Virus record (IMG/VR): IMGVR_UViG_3300005837_000598
Location: 1 to 62,704 of that record
Direction: 5' to 3' (one strand)
DNA from: a virus
Lineage: Duplodnaviria > Caudoviricetes
DNA length: 62,704 bases
The position numbers were made by a program, and so were the translations under genes. Under the pieces are notes generated by a model that worked only from the letters and a program-made list of their open reading frames with translations, was not told the origin of the DNA and did no database searches. Shown here in pieces: positions 39,078-47,503 of this stretch; position 1 is the stretch's first letter; each line of letters begins with the position of its first letter.

Positions 39078-39688
39078 ATTATTGCTACTCTTTTTCTGTT
39101 GGGGGTGACCTTGTTACTAGTCTCCCACTCTTTATATTGTATTAGGTACTTCTCAATAAATTTATTTCCGAAGATAACCTCTGGTGTTACTGAAGATTGA
39201 TACTTCTCACTCCATTGTTCTTTACAGTAATCAAATACATTGACCATCATAGATCCTGTTACTGGTTTACCATCAAACTTTTTAGCCAGAATGCTCTTAA
39301 ATCTTTTTTCGTATGTTCTTGGTTGGTAATTCTTTTTATATCTGTTATTAATATATTCAATTACATCTTTACATACGTTCTGATATTCAAGTGATATAAC
39401 TTGGTCTGTTTCTGCTACTGCGATTCTAAACCATAATGGTGTAGTTCTATATTTTGGATGTGCCTTAGTTCCTATATTGTCTATTAGTCCTTTTTCTGTA
39501 AGTTCTGATATATATCTACTCATAGTTCTGGAAGATGTATTTAGTTCAGAGCCAAGATCTGCTAAGGTTTTATCACAGTAATTGTCTTGCGATGTATACT
39601 TATAGATTAAATCACACAACATATATGACAATGGTGACATATCGTGTTTGCGTAAGACTTCATAAATTACAGTTGTACTTCTTATCAT
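39074..39688 (-). CDS. Putative replication initiator (wHTH N-terminus plus conserved phage C-terminal domain)
   Basis: KTLADLGSELNTSSRTMSRYISELTEKGLI wHTH; VIEYIN...W...TPEVIFGNKF.EKYL; directly upstream of the helicase. Confidence 0.7.
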   Translation of the reverse strand: MIRSTTVIYEVLRKHDMSPLSYMLCDLIYKYTSQDNYCDKTLADLGSELNTSSRTMSRYISELTEKGLIDNIGTKAHPKYRTTPLWFRIAVAETDQVISLEYQNVCKDVIEYINNRYKKNYQPRTYEKRFKSILAKKFDGKPVTGSMMVNVFDYCKEQWSEKYQSSVTPEVIFGNKFIEKYLIQYKEWETSNKVTPNRKRVAII

Positions 39689-39945
39689 TTTAATAATAGT
39701 TTATGATACCAGAGTTCTCTATTCTTTTTATTTCTATGTGATTCAAGCCTACAGTCTACCTCTACAATTTGTCCTACCTTGTAGTCTTTTACTTTTTCTA
39801 TTGACTCATCCCATGCGTGAATCGCTAAGTAAGAATTATCTAGTGTCTCTATAATAAGTATTTTAAATTGGTGACTCCCTTTTTCACCTTTCACCTCTTG
39901 GTCTTCACCGATGTGTCTAATTTTTCCGTTTACGTTTATATTCAT
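39685..39945 (-). CDS. Second DUF3127-like/OB-fold SSB paralog without acidic tail
   Basis: VNGKIRHIGEDQEVKG...YKVGQIVEVDCRLESH...WY. Confidence 0.6.
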   Translation of the reverse strand: MNINVNGKIRHIGEDQEVKGEKGSHQFKILIIETLDNSYLAIHAWDESIEKVKDYKVGQIVEVDCRLESHRNKKNRELWYHKLLLK

Positions 39946-40307
39946 TTGATGTGTTCTTTTATGATTTCAGCAAGTGATACTGCCTTGCCATGTCTATTTT
40001 TAATATAGTTCATTACTAAACTTGTCTTAGTATGAAAACCTTTCGCAGTAACTCCAGGATCTTTTGTGTTGTAAAACTCATCCATGATAGAAAGAAACTT
40101 TCCTTCCATAAACTGGATATTCGCTAAGTCATCTGATAAAAACTCTGCTATATCTTCTTGCGAATAACCATACATTAGTGCTACACCAGTAAAAATGCAT
40201 ACTCCAAAGTAAGAATTACCTTCTATTACTTGGTTTACTTCCAATGTATGAGGATTTTTTACAGCCAAATTTGCTACTATACCTTTCTTTATACTTTCTA
40301 ATTCCAT
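39942..40307 (-). CDS. Hypothetical protein (possible HTH)
   Basis: 121-aa ORF in the operon; GYSQEDIAEFL segment. Confidence 0.6.
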   Translation of the reverse strand: MELESIKKGIVANLAVKNPHTLEVNQVIEGNSYFGVCIFTGVALMYGYSQEDIAEFLSDDLANIQFMEGKFLSIMDEFYNTKDPGVTAKGFHTKTSLVMNYIKNRHGKAVSLAEIIKEHIK

Positions 40308-40312
40308 TGCTT

Positions 40313-41335
40313 TTAAAATTTTGGTTTGATAATATCTTTATACCTCACATTAAATGTCTTTCCCCACACAATCTTTCCTTTATCACCAAAATCTACTTCT
40401 TGTGCTCCTCTATGTAGCATCAATTGTTTTATTAGTTGCTGAGTCCTATTCTTGTTTGCTTTCGCCTCTTTCTCACTTTCCCTATGCATGATGTATGCTT
40501 GAGTTAATCCTTCTAGATCCTCATTACCATCTATCGTTACCCTATCTACCATCGCTTTATGTTTCTCAGAAAGAAACTGGTCAAGATCTATTTTATATTC
40601 TTCTTCTACGCCAGGCTCTAGGTGTGATATTAATCTATAGGTTTCATTTCGGTTTAATGTTTCTCCCTCTATCTCTATAGTTTGTCTTGCCTCTTGAACA
40701 CTATTATAAAATCTTTCTCCTTCTTCTATGATTGTTTCTTGAATGTTTGGATTTGCCTCAATAGTGAAAACATCCATATGTCTTCCATCTTTTAAAAATG
40801 CAAACTGACCATACGCATATTCTAGTACAAGCATATACAATTGTATTTGTGCTATATAGTATGGAGGAATTCCTCCTTCCCATTTATCTGCATTGTATCC
40901 AGAAATAGTTTTTATTTCTAAGATACCTTTACCTTCCATTTCATCATGCTGAACAATTTGTCTATCTATGTTCGCAAACAAAAAAGGATATTTTGGGTTA
41001 ATGAAAATAGAATTTCTTCTAATTGATTTTCTTAATTTATTTTTAGACTGGTAATTGTTAATCATTTCAATAGGATCTCCAGTCCAGTATTGCCATAGAT
41101 CAGCAACATAATCTTCAAGTAGTCTACCATGAAACATGACTTCATTGTCTATGTTTTTAATATTTGCAGTTCCTACTGATTGATTCCATCTGGTGATTTT
41201 AGATGTCCAAGGATTTAATCCTAATAGTGTTGAGGCATCTGATCCTCCCACCATACCTTTATAGACTAAGGATTTTCTTAATTCTACCCACTCTTCGTAG
41301 GTTAGGTTTGCTGTTGGTATTCTTGTTAACTTCAT
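40313..41335 (-). CDS. YqaJ/lambda-exonuclease-like recombination nuclease
   Basis: EWVELR...VGGSDASTLLGLNPW, HGRLLE, PFLFANIDR, ILEIKT, IPPYYIAQIQLYM. Confidence 0.92.
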   Translation of the reverse strand: MKLTRIPTANLTYEEWVELRKSLVYKGMVGGSDASTLLGLNPWTSKITRWNQSVGTANIKNIDNEVMFHGRLLEDYVADLWQYWTGDPIEMINNYQSKNKLRKSIRRNSIFINPKYPFLFANIDRQIVQHDEMEGKGILEIKTISGYNADKWEGGIPPYYIAQIQLYMLVLEYAYGQFAFLKDGRHMDVFTIEANPNIQETIIEEGERFYNSVQEARQTIEIEGETLNRNETYRLISHLEPGVEEEYKIDLDQFLSEKHKAMVDRVTIDGNEDLEGLTQAYIMHRESEKEAKANKNRTQQLIKQLMLHRGAQEVDFGDKGKIVWGKTFNVRYKDIIKPKF

Positions 41336-41345
41336 ATTTAGTTTT

Positions 41346-41414
41346 AAAAAAAGGGGAGGCTATCAATGAAAACACTAAGTGCCGATTGATTTGTTGTTGG
41401 CTAATACCTCCCCT
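41346..41414 (-). other. Structured intergenic RNA / terminator-like long stem
   Basis: AGGGGAGG...CCTCCCCT outer stem plus U-tract on the minus strand, with an inner ATCAAT/ATTGAT stem. Confidence 0.6.
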
Positions 41415-41424
41415 CTGGGTTAAT

Positions 41425-41961
41425 TTACTTACTCGCTTTACCGATTGCTTTCTGTGACTTCTTCGAGTTGATAGTCTTTCTTAATAAATCAATTTGTTCT
41501 TTTGACAATTGATTTTTATAAGAAGAAAGTTTTTTCTCTACATACGCATGGTCTGTATCAATATGCTTGAGCATATCTTCAAACAATTTGTTTCCAGATT
41601 CTACTTGTACTTGCTCTAATTCTTTAGCCTCATACTCATCCATGATAGTATCCTCTCCTCCATCTGCAATACCGAAAATAAATAATGCTCTGTTCAAAGC
41701 ACCAGACTGGCATTTTTGAGATGCAAAAGGTTCGTTTGCTCTCTTATGAGCAATACCATCTGCGACAATAATATGTTCTGAATTTAATACCGAGCCTCTC
41801 ATCATGATTGTACTTTCGTTCAATTCAATTATCTCGGTTGATGTGTAGAATCCCTCAGTTCTGTAGTAGTCATTAAAATAACTTAATCTCTCTGTCCAAG
41901 GTACTATTTCTTTTCCTCCTCCAATTCTAATTTTTTTCAGTTTTCTTTTTAGTTTCCCCAT
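41425..41961 (-). CDS. Putative ssDNA-annealing protein (Rad52/Sak-like)
   Basis: IVPWTERL..F...ADGIAH...KCQSGALNRAL..FGI; adjacent to the exonuclease. Confidence 0.6.
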   Translation of the reverse strand: MGKLKRKLKKIRIGGGKEIVPWTERLSYFNDYYRTEGFYTSTEIIELNESTIMMRGSVLNSEHIIVADGIAHKRANEPFASQKCQSGALNRALFIFGIADGGEDTIMDEYEAKELEQVQVESGNKLFEDMLKHIDTDHAYVEKKLSSYKNQLSKEQIDLLRKTINSKKSQKAIGKASK

Positions 41962-42175
41962 GATTATTTTTTATTAGGTTGGTTAAATAAATATTTACTA
42001 TATAATACTTTCTTGTATGAAACAAGATTGATTCCCAGTCGAAAGTCCATCCTCTAATTCTTCTCTTCATACATAACTCTTCAAAGTTATCTAGAAGGTA
42101 CAGTTTGAAATCTCTAAGAGAAAAACGCTTACGATCATGAATGATTTCCTTATTTTCGTAGTCAAATCTGACCAT
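41927..42175 (-). CDS. Hypothetical protein, first gene of the replication operon
   Basis: 82-aa ORF downstream of a promoter. Confidence 0.55.
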   Translation of the reverse strand: MVRFDYENKEIIHDRKRFSLRDFKLYLLDNFEELCMKRRIRGWTFDWESILFHTRKYYIVNIYLTNLIKNNHGETKKKTEKN

Positions 42176-42213
42176 GTAATAATTTTATTTATCATGTCGT
42201 GGTGTTATGGATT

Positions 42214-42221
42214 CAAAGTTA
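42214..42221 (-). promoter_or_regulatory. Bacteroidota-type -7 promoter element (TAACTTTG)
   Basis: Matches TAnnTTTG about 40 nt upstream of ATG 42175. Confidence 0.65.
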
Positions 42222-42238
42222 ATAATTAATTCGACTTA

Positions 42239-42252
42239 TTAACGATTGTTCA
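42239..42252. promoter_or_regulatory. Palindromic operator-like site TTAACGATTGTTCA
   Basis: Related copies at 43346-43359, 49277-49290, 49386-49399 and 50633-50646; overlaps the expected -33 region. Confidence 0.5.
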
Positions 42253-42262
42253 TAATTAAGTC

Positions 42263-43240
42263 TTAAATACTTATTAACATTTCGTTAGTTAATCGGTGTG
42301 CCATCTGTTTTTGTTTCTCTATACTACTGGTGTTTGTAAACTTCACATATCTGTAGAAAGCCTCAGATCCATTTGCATGACCACTTATCTCTCTTACTTC
42401 CATTTCCGTTAGTCCTTTACCTAAGTAATATGTTATTCCACTACTCCTAAGTTTATGTGGAGTGTAGAGTTCCCATAATTTATTAGTCTCTTTTTTGGGA
42501 TTACCTTCATGATCATACGAATAGGTTACCTTATCAATACAGAATGCAGTATACTGTTGTAGTAATTTCTTTAGACTCCTTCTGAATGTTACTATATCAA
42601 AGTTCCATTTTGTTCTTACAATAAAGTCCTTCACATCTTGTGGAAGATAAAAATTACTAATTGATCCAGAACCTTTCTTTGTAATTATAGTAACACAGTC
42701 ACTATTTACATCACATTCAAAACCAACCAGATCACTTATCCTCATGCAAGAGTATAACATAAGCCTGGTGTAGTACCATGTTGTATGCAAGTCTTTATCA
42801 ATTGGCATTGCTGTATGAATCAATTCTACTTCCTCTGGACTCATTGCAATTACCTCAGTCTGTAATTCTTTTACTGATTGTAATTTAGGAAACCAATATC
42901 CATACTCTTCTTCTCCTTTTTTAAGAGTTGCTCTTATTGTTTTTAGGTGAGACTTTCTGGTGTTTGGGTGTTTGCAATCCTCTGTCAGTAAGTTGAGGTA
43001 TTTGTTAACCTTCTGCTGTAAAGATTTCTTTACCCTGATTCTTTTTCTTCTTTCTATTACAGAGTTTAGATCAAGGCTTTCAATATTAAAATCAAACTTA
43101 TATCTTTTCATAGTGTTGTATACACCTTTATAAGATTTGATTGTGGAGTAATTTAATTTCTTTCCGTTGTTTAAAATTTCTCCGTTTTCCAGTTTATTTA
43201 TAATGTCCTTTAGTAAAGAGACAAACGTATGTTCTTTCAT
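42263..43240 (-). CDS. int: Tyrosine recombinase / integrase
   Basis: Catalytic R (YSCMRISD), K (TKKG), HxxR (HKLR), GH (ISGH) and Y (FYRYV). Confidence 0.92.
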   Translation of the reverse strand: MKEHTFVSLLKDIINKLENGEILNNGKKLNYSTIKSYKGVYNTMKRYKFDFNIESLDLNSVIERRKRIRVKKSLQQKVNKYLNLLTEDCKHPNTRKSHLKTIRATLKKGEEEYGYWFPKLQSVKELQTEVIAMSPEEVELIHTAMPIDKDLHTTWYYTRLMLYSCMRISDLVGFECDVNSDCVTIITKKGSGSISNFYLPQDVKDFIVRTKWNFDIVTFRRSLKKLLQQYTAFCIDKVTYSYDHEGNPKKETNKLWELYTPHKLRSSGITYYLGKGLTEMEVREISGHANGSEAFYRYVKFTNTSSIEKQKQMAHRLTNEMLISI

Positions 43241-43290
43241 ATGTATGATTTAAAAAGTTAAAAAGAGATAGTTTGAATAATTGAGATTGA

Positions 43291-43320
43291 AAATACCCCT
43301 CCATTGAAAGGAGAGGCACA
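43291..43320 (-). terminator. Terminator-like hairpin following the tRNA 3' fragment
   Basis: Minus strand TGCCTCTCC-TTTCAAT-GGAGGGGTA-TTTT. Confidence 0.6.
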
Positions 43321-43325
43321 TTGTC

Positions 43326-43344
43326 GCAGTCCCTAGGGGAATCG
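43326..43344 (-). mobile_element. Candidate attP core (3' end of a host tRNA, tRNA-Glu-like)
   Basis: Minus strand CGATTCCCCTAGGGACTGC reads as T-loop half, T-stem and acceptor 3' strand, directly upstream of int. Confidence 0.6.
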
Positions 43345-43370
43345 TTTTACAATCGTTCAATTTTCCAGAT

Positions 43371-43595
43371 CTATCTAGCAATGATATCATCAATTTCTTG
43401 TGCTAAATTCGAGTAGTATTCTATAATGCGTGATGATTCTTGAAACATTAACTGGGTTTTACCAGTTTTCTTTTGGTTCAATCTACTCTTCCTCGTTTTA
43501 CTTCCATATACATATTCGCATACATCAGTTGCAGTTACTCCTTTTATATTTAAAAGTCGTAAAGCCTTCTTCTTATATATTGTTTGAGATTTCAT
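43371..43595 (-). CDS. Small Cro/XRE-like HTH regulator
   Basis: 74 aa: VTATDVCEYVYG...SRLNQKKTG..QL...E..RI. Confidence 0.55.
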   Translation of the reverse strand: MKSQTIYKKKALRLLNIKGVTATDVCEYVYGSKTRKSRLNQKKTGKTQLMFQESSRIIEYYSNLAQEIDDIIAR

Positions 43596-43621
43596 TTATC
43601 TAGTCTGTTTGTTTTAAAGTT

Positions 43622-44191
43622 TTATATAGGTACTTTTGATTTCCAATCTACTGAAGGATTTCTATTTATCAAAGTTTGAGTGACAGATCTTTTTATTCTA
43701 TCCGTTACTTCTAGTGATTCAGAAATCTCCATCAATGTCTTGATTGGAAGGTGTTCTAATTCTATCATCAATTGAGAATTTAATTCAGTCTCAAAATTCT
43801 CGACCAAACTATCATACTTGTCTTGTAGATCAGTATTCCTTTTTACAAGACTAACATAATCCTCTAATAAATCTTTATTATCAGTTCTCTCAACATCAAA
43901 GTCAAAGTCTGATAATAGATCTATTGTGTTGTGATATTTTCTTCTTAATTCTTTATCGGTATCAAAATAATTTTTGAATTGCTTTAATGCATGAATACCA
44001 GTAGCATGGTTTTTACCGATGTAGTGTGCAGAATGAGATATTGGTACTCTCAAATGATCATGCACTATTTTAAAATATATTTGTCTGGCATCTACATTGT
44101 GTCTCTCTCTGTTTCCATGTACTCTACCCATTGTTGCAGTATCTACTACCTTTATGATAGCATCTAGTTTTAGTTTTAATTGATTTGTCAT
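43622..44191 (-). CDS. DnaA domain IV-like HTH protein
   Basis: RERHNVDARQIYF...S..IGKNHATGIHALK matches the DnaA C-terminal DNA-binding motif; coiled-coil tail. Confidence 0.75.
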   Translation of the reverse strand: MTNQLKLKLDAIIKVVDTATMGRVHGNRERHNVDARQIYFKIVHDHLRVPISHSAHYIGKNHATGIHALKQFKNYFDTDKELRRKYHNTIDLLSDFDFDVERTDNKDLLEDYVSLVKRNTDLQDKYDSLVENFETELNSQLMIELEHLPIKTLMEISESLEVTDRIKRSVTQTLINRNPSVDWKSKVPI

Positions 44192-44208
44192 TTTATGTTT
44201 TTAAGTTA

Positions 44209-44273
44209 AAGAGAGTACACTTCCCTAGTCTGGCGACGACCAAGTTTTTTCAGACTATGAGTATACTCTCTCT
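44209..44273. other. Long imperfect intergenic hairpin
   Basis: AGAGAGTA/TACTCTCT outer and TAGTCTG/CAGACTA inner inverted repeats. Confidence 0.65.
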
Positions 44274-44279
44274 TATGTT

Positions 44280-44588
44280 TTATTGTAATTCTCTAACTAT
44301 AGATTCTCCTATATGTTTTGATACATTCCATGCATCAGACCAGTATTTTTTTGAAGCCTCTACTGATCCTTTGTCTCCTCTTTGTACTTGATACCTAGAT
44401 GGAACAGATGTGAAAATATTTACTTTGTGAGATCTGTATGCTAAGAAACAAGCACCAGAATTGAGAGCCTCCTTACACTTTTGTGTAGTCTCTCCTCCAA
44501 TTTTCCAAGCCTCACCAGAGTCAATTAAATCTTGATAAATCTTGAAACCATACTGCTTTTGCAGTTCTCTAATTTTACTTTCGTTCAT
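44280..44588 (-). CDS. Hypothetical protein, paralog of 47093..47371
   Basis: Shared IDSG..W..G......LNSGAC.L...PSRY.V.RG..GS motifs. Confidence 0.75.
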   Translation of the reverse strand: MNESKIRELQKQYGFKIYQDLIDSGEAWKIGGETTQKCKEALNSGACFLAYRSHKVNIFTSVPSRYQVQRGDKGSVEASKKYWSDAWNVSKHIGESIVRELQ

Positions 44589-44662
44589 AATATCAGTTTT
44601 TTTTCGGAGTTTAAATATTGAATATTGAATGCTAAATTAACAATTTCTGTTAATAAAACAAA

Positions 44663-44812
44663 TTATTCTGTATTCGTAATTGAATTATTGTTCAATGTTT
44701 CTTTCCAGAGATATTGTTTTCCTTTAATATTGTGATACATAGAATTAACAAATTGATCTGGTGCATCTGGGAACATCTCTTTTACTTTAATGTATATAGG
44801 ATCTTTTTCCAT
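44663..44812 (-). CDS. Small hypothetical protein (49 aa, MEKDPIYIKVKEMFPDAPDQF...)
   Basis: Hand-translated; TAATG coupling with the upstream ORF. Confidence 0.5.
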   Translation of the reverse strand: MEKDPIYIKVKEMFPDAPDQFVNSMYHNIKGKQYLWKETLNNNSITNTE

Positions 44813-44919
44813 TAGTGAGTTATTATAATTATTAAAATTGTTATACCAAGTCCGATCATGCTAAAGAACGCACCTTTGTAATTAGTTTCCATTTGTTGGG
44901 GTGACCTTCCTTGATTCAT
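44812..44919 (-). CDS. Small single-TM protein (35 aa, MNQGRSPQQMETNYKGAFFSMIGLGITILIIIITH)
   Basis: Hand-translated; ATGA overlap with the 44916 ORF stop; hydrophobic C-terminus. Confidence 0.5.
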   Translation of the reverse strand: MNQGRSPQQMETNYKGAFFSMIGLGITILIIIITH

Positions 44920-45281
44920 AGTTGCATCTTTTTAAGTCCTTCCTTAGCAGAATCTTCTGACATATAATAAACTGTGTCTGGATTCTCTCTATACATCTCT
45001 TCACTTACATAGTCCCAACAAGAATATACTACTTCACCATCTTCAATAGTCCAGTAGTCATCTCCTTCATCAAAAGGATATATAATACCATTACGTTTAT
45101 CTTTAATCTTTTTGATATTAATCATGTAATCAATAGTCTCATCGACTGTCTTCATTACATTACCTAGTTGTGCTTTTATATTCATAAGATAATCTAGTGA
45201 TTCTGGATCATACTGATATTTTTCAGATACTACATCCAGAATATTTTTCTTTATGAAATCTTCCATTTTAATTTCTGACAT
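44916..45281 (-). CDS. Hypothetical protein
   Basis: 121-aa ORF; YPFDEGDDYWTIE...SCWD segment. Confidence 0.7.
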   Translation of the reverse strand: MSEIKMEDFIKKNILDVVSEKYQYDPESLDYLMNIKAQLGNVMKTVDETIDYMINIKKIKDKRNGIIYPFDEGDDYWTIEDGEVVYSCWDYVSEEMYRENPDTVYYMSEDSAKEGLKKMQL

Positions 45282-45282
45282 A

Positions 45283-45639
45283 TTATTTAAGTTTAGTGAA
45301 TTGTATTGTTAAGTTCTTCTTCCAATTGTCTGCATCCTTTTCATACTCTTCAAGGATTGCGTTTACTAGTGGCAGTTCATCAATTCCCAGTTTACAAAGT
45401 CTGGTCATTAATTGATCTGTATGCTTTTGCAGGTTGACTAGAAATTCTTCATCCTCTCCATACATTTGATCTAAGAGTTTGTTTGTTGCTTTTTCTAGTT
45501 CCTTTTCGGCTTGATTCACTTTAAATTTAAGTGAGTGCCTAAATATTGGAGTGTGTGCTACTTCATCTAGCGACTCCAATAATAATTGTGCGTAGAAAGT
45601 TGCCTTTACTACACTATAACGTATATCATTTTCTTCCAT
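45283..45639 (-). CDS. Hypothetical protein (start MEENDIRY)
   Basis: Start moved to ATG 45639 to avoid a long overlap. Confidence 0.65.
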   Translation of the reverse strand: MEENDIRYSVVKATFYAQLLLESLDEVAHTPIFRHSLKFKVNQAEKELEKATNKLLDQMYGEDEEFLVNLQKHTDQLMTRLCKLGIDELPLVNAILEEYEKDADNWKKNLTIQFTKLK

Positions 45640-45790
45640 ATCTATTTTTAATTTTAATTTTAGTTTCCATTTCGTTCCAGACTTCAGCCATGAATTCCAT
45701 TTTCTGCATTTCATTGTCTGCATACATAGGATATGTTGTCCAGTATGCTTTTCTCTTTGTCTTTAAAAGTGATTTAAAAAATTTTACCAT
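45626..45790 (-). CDS. Small hypothetical protein (MVKFFKSLLK...)
   Basis: ATG 45790 within the listed ORF. Confidence 0.5.
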   Translation of the reverse strand: MVKFFKSLLKTKRKAYWTTYPMYADNEMQKMEFMAEVWNEMETKIKIKNRYGRK

Positions 45791-45864
45791 AGGTTCTTTA
45801 TTATCATACACAAGACAAAAAATATCCACACTATGATTAGTAGCGTGAATATTCCTTCTCCCAT
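45784..45864 (-). CDS. Tiny single-TM peptide (26 aa, MGEGIFTLLIIVWIFFVLCMIIKNLW)
   Basis: Hand-translated; fills the gap with an A-rich leader. Confidence 0.4.
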   Translation of the reverse strand: MGEGIFTLLIIVWIFFVLCMIIKNLW

Positions 45865-45871
45865 GTTTTGT

Positions 45872-46105
45872 TTAAACTTCTCCTTCATCTAACGATTCAA
45901 TTTCATTTTGTACTTCATCAATCTTATCTAAGATTGGCTGAATTAGGTTAATAGTTTCGTGATCATTTTCATCTTTAACAATGCTCAAAACATTTGCATA
46001 CACTTTATCTAATTGTTTAATTAAATTGGGTATAGCGTTTTCTTTAGCATATAATCTTCTGTTAATTTCTTGCTGATCTAAAATTGCTTGTCTTGTAGTT
46101 TTCAT
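45872..46105 (-). CDS. Hypothetical protein
   Basis: 77-aa ORF, ATGA coupled. Confidence 0.6.
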   Translation of the reverse strand: MKTTRQAILDQQEINRRLYAKENAIPNLIKQLDKVYANVLSIVKDENDHETINLIQPILDKIDEVQNEIESLDEGEV

Positions 46106-46584
46106 CTTTCCAAATCATTTAGGTTAGCACATTCAATCCAGTCTGTATCTGTATAAGATTTATAAGGTTCTTCCTCGTAGTCTGGATTGCCAGTATTCAA
46201 GTAATATTCCTTAATCTCTTCGGCAGTTAGTCCATTTTCCGACAATTCCTCTTTGTTGGCATAATCACAAGCCTCATTATATAGGTTTGGATTCACCTCT
46301 TGAACATAATCGACAAACAGATCATACCATTCCATCTTCTCCAGATTACTCTTGTTAATCGCAAGAGCAATTTTTAGACTGGCATGGTTGTCTGTTTCTC
46401 TAACTATGATATCATGTTCATGTCTGATACCTTCTTGAAAGTAAACAGAATACTTACCTTTATCTATGTGGTCACAGATTTCTTGTATCTGGGAAACATC
46501 ATCCTCAGCCTCCCAGTTTTTTCCTAAGACTTTATCAGCCACCTCTTCTAATTTGAGGTGACCGACAAATCCGTATGTTGACAT
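46102..46584 (-). CDS. Acidic hypothetical protein (start MSTYGFVG)
   Basis: ATG 46584 just after the upstream stop. Confidence 0.65.
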   Translation of the reverse strand: MSTYGFVGHLKLEEVADKVLGKNWEAEDDVSQIQEICDHIDKGKYSVYFQEGIRHEHDIIVRETDNHASLKIALAINKSNLEKMEWYDLFVDYVQEVNPNLYNEACDYANKEELSENGLTAEEIKEYYLNTGNPDYEEEPYKSYTDTDWIECANLNDLER

Positions 46585-46592
46585 ATATTCTC

Positions 46593-47090
46593 CTACCATG
46601 ATGCGTGATATGTATAGTAATCTCCCCATCCTTTTTCTGGTTTGATTTGTTTAAGATTGCTTATAGTTTCTTTCAAAGAATCCATATAGTATTCTATATC
46701 TTCCTTCTGTCTCAGTTCTGATTGTCCAAAAAAGAATCCTTCAGTTGTAGGTAGCATATCATCAATGATATCTATTTGTGCGTTGATTGATTTTTCTGCT
46801 CTCAATCTTTTTAGCACCTCTCTACATAGTTTTACAAGAGTCTGGATTTGTTCTGGTGTAACATCATAAGTTCCACAATCATCAACACCTTCTTGTACAT
46901 TCTCTACAAACCATTGGTGAATCCAGTTAACTTTTCTCCAGTACATTTCTCCAAATACCAGATACTTTACTTTCTTTAAATCCATTGGTTTGTTTTTGTG
47001 AGTTCCAAATAAGTGATGCTTTTCGGAGTCCTTCATATGTGACCAATTCTGCACATACTTTCTTCTGTCTAAGTACATATCTAATCCCAT
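46593..47090 (-). CDS. Conserved phage early protein (MGLDMYL...YWRK.NWIH.WF...Y.ASW family)
   Basis: Recognisable widespread phage motif set; function unknown. Confidence 0.75.
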   Translation of the reverse strand: MGLDMYLDRRKYVQNWSHMKDSEKHHLFGTHKNKPMDLKKVKYLVFGEMYWRKVNWIHQWFVENVQEGVDDCGTYDVTPEQIQTLVKLCREVLKRLRAEKSINAQIDIIDDMLPTTEGFFFGQSELRQKEDIEYYMDSLKETISNLKQIKPEKGWGDYYTYHASW

Positions 47091-47092
47091 AA

Positions 47093-47371
47093 TTACCAGT
47101 TTAAAATTGTTTCTGGATCAGAATAATATCTTACAGAATTTTGGTATGATCCAGTCGTACCTCTTTTCACCTCATACCTTGATGGTATCTTGTTTCCGTA
47201 ATAATCTAATTTACTTTCTTTTGGTAGCATACAAGCACCAGAGTTCAATAGAGACATTGCCTCTCTTCCGATTGTACCTTCCATTTGCCATACAATACCA
47301 GAGTCTATCATGGATTGCATTCTTGAGTATCCCATTTCTAACTGGAATCTCTTTAACTTTTTATAATTCAT
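47093..47371 (-). CDS. Hypothetical protein, paralog of 44280..44588
   Basis: Shared motifs with 44280..44588. Confidence 0.75.
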   Translation of the reverse strand: MNYKKLKRFQLEMGYSRMQSMIDSGIVWQMEGTIGREAMSLLNSGACMLPKESKLDYYGNKIPSRYEVKRGTTGSYQNSVRYYSDPETILNW

Positions 47372-47422
47372 ATTATATAGTTTAAATGTTGCCTACTATT
47401 AAGGAGTTCGGCTGTTCCTTTG

Positions 47423-47496
47423 TGACTCAGATAGGATTCGAACCTATAACCTACACCTTAGAAGGGTGTTGCACTATCCAGTTGTGCTACTGAGCC
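47423..47496 (-). tRNA. tRNA-Arg(UCU)
   Basis: GGCTCAG/CTGAGTC acceptor stem, GCAC/GTGC D-arm, ACACC-CTTCTAA-GGTGT anticodon arm, ATAGG-TTCGAAT-CCTAT T-arm; CCA not encoded. Confidence 0.95.
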
Positions 47497-47503
47497 TCTT
47501 GAC

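Noticed and set aside
44681-44694. Further operator copy TGAATTATTGTTCA
   Set aside because: It lies in a probable small ORF, is AT-rich, and deviates from the consensus core
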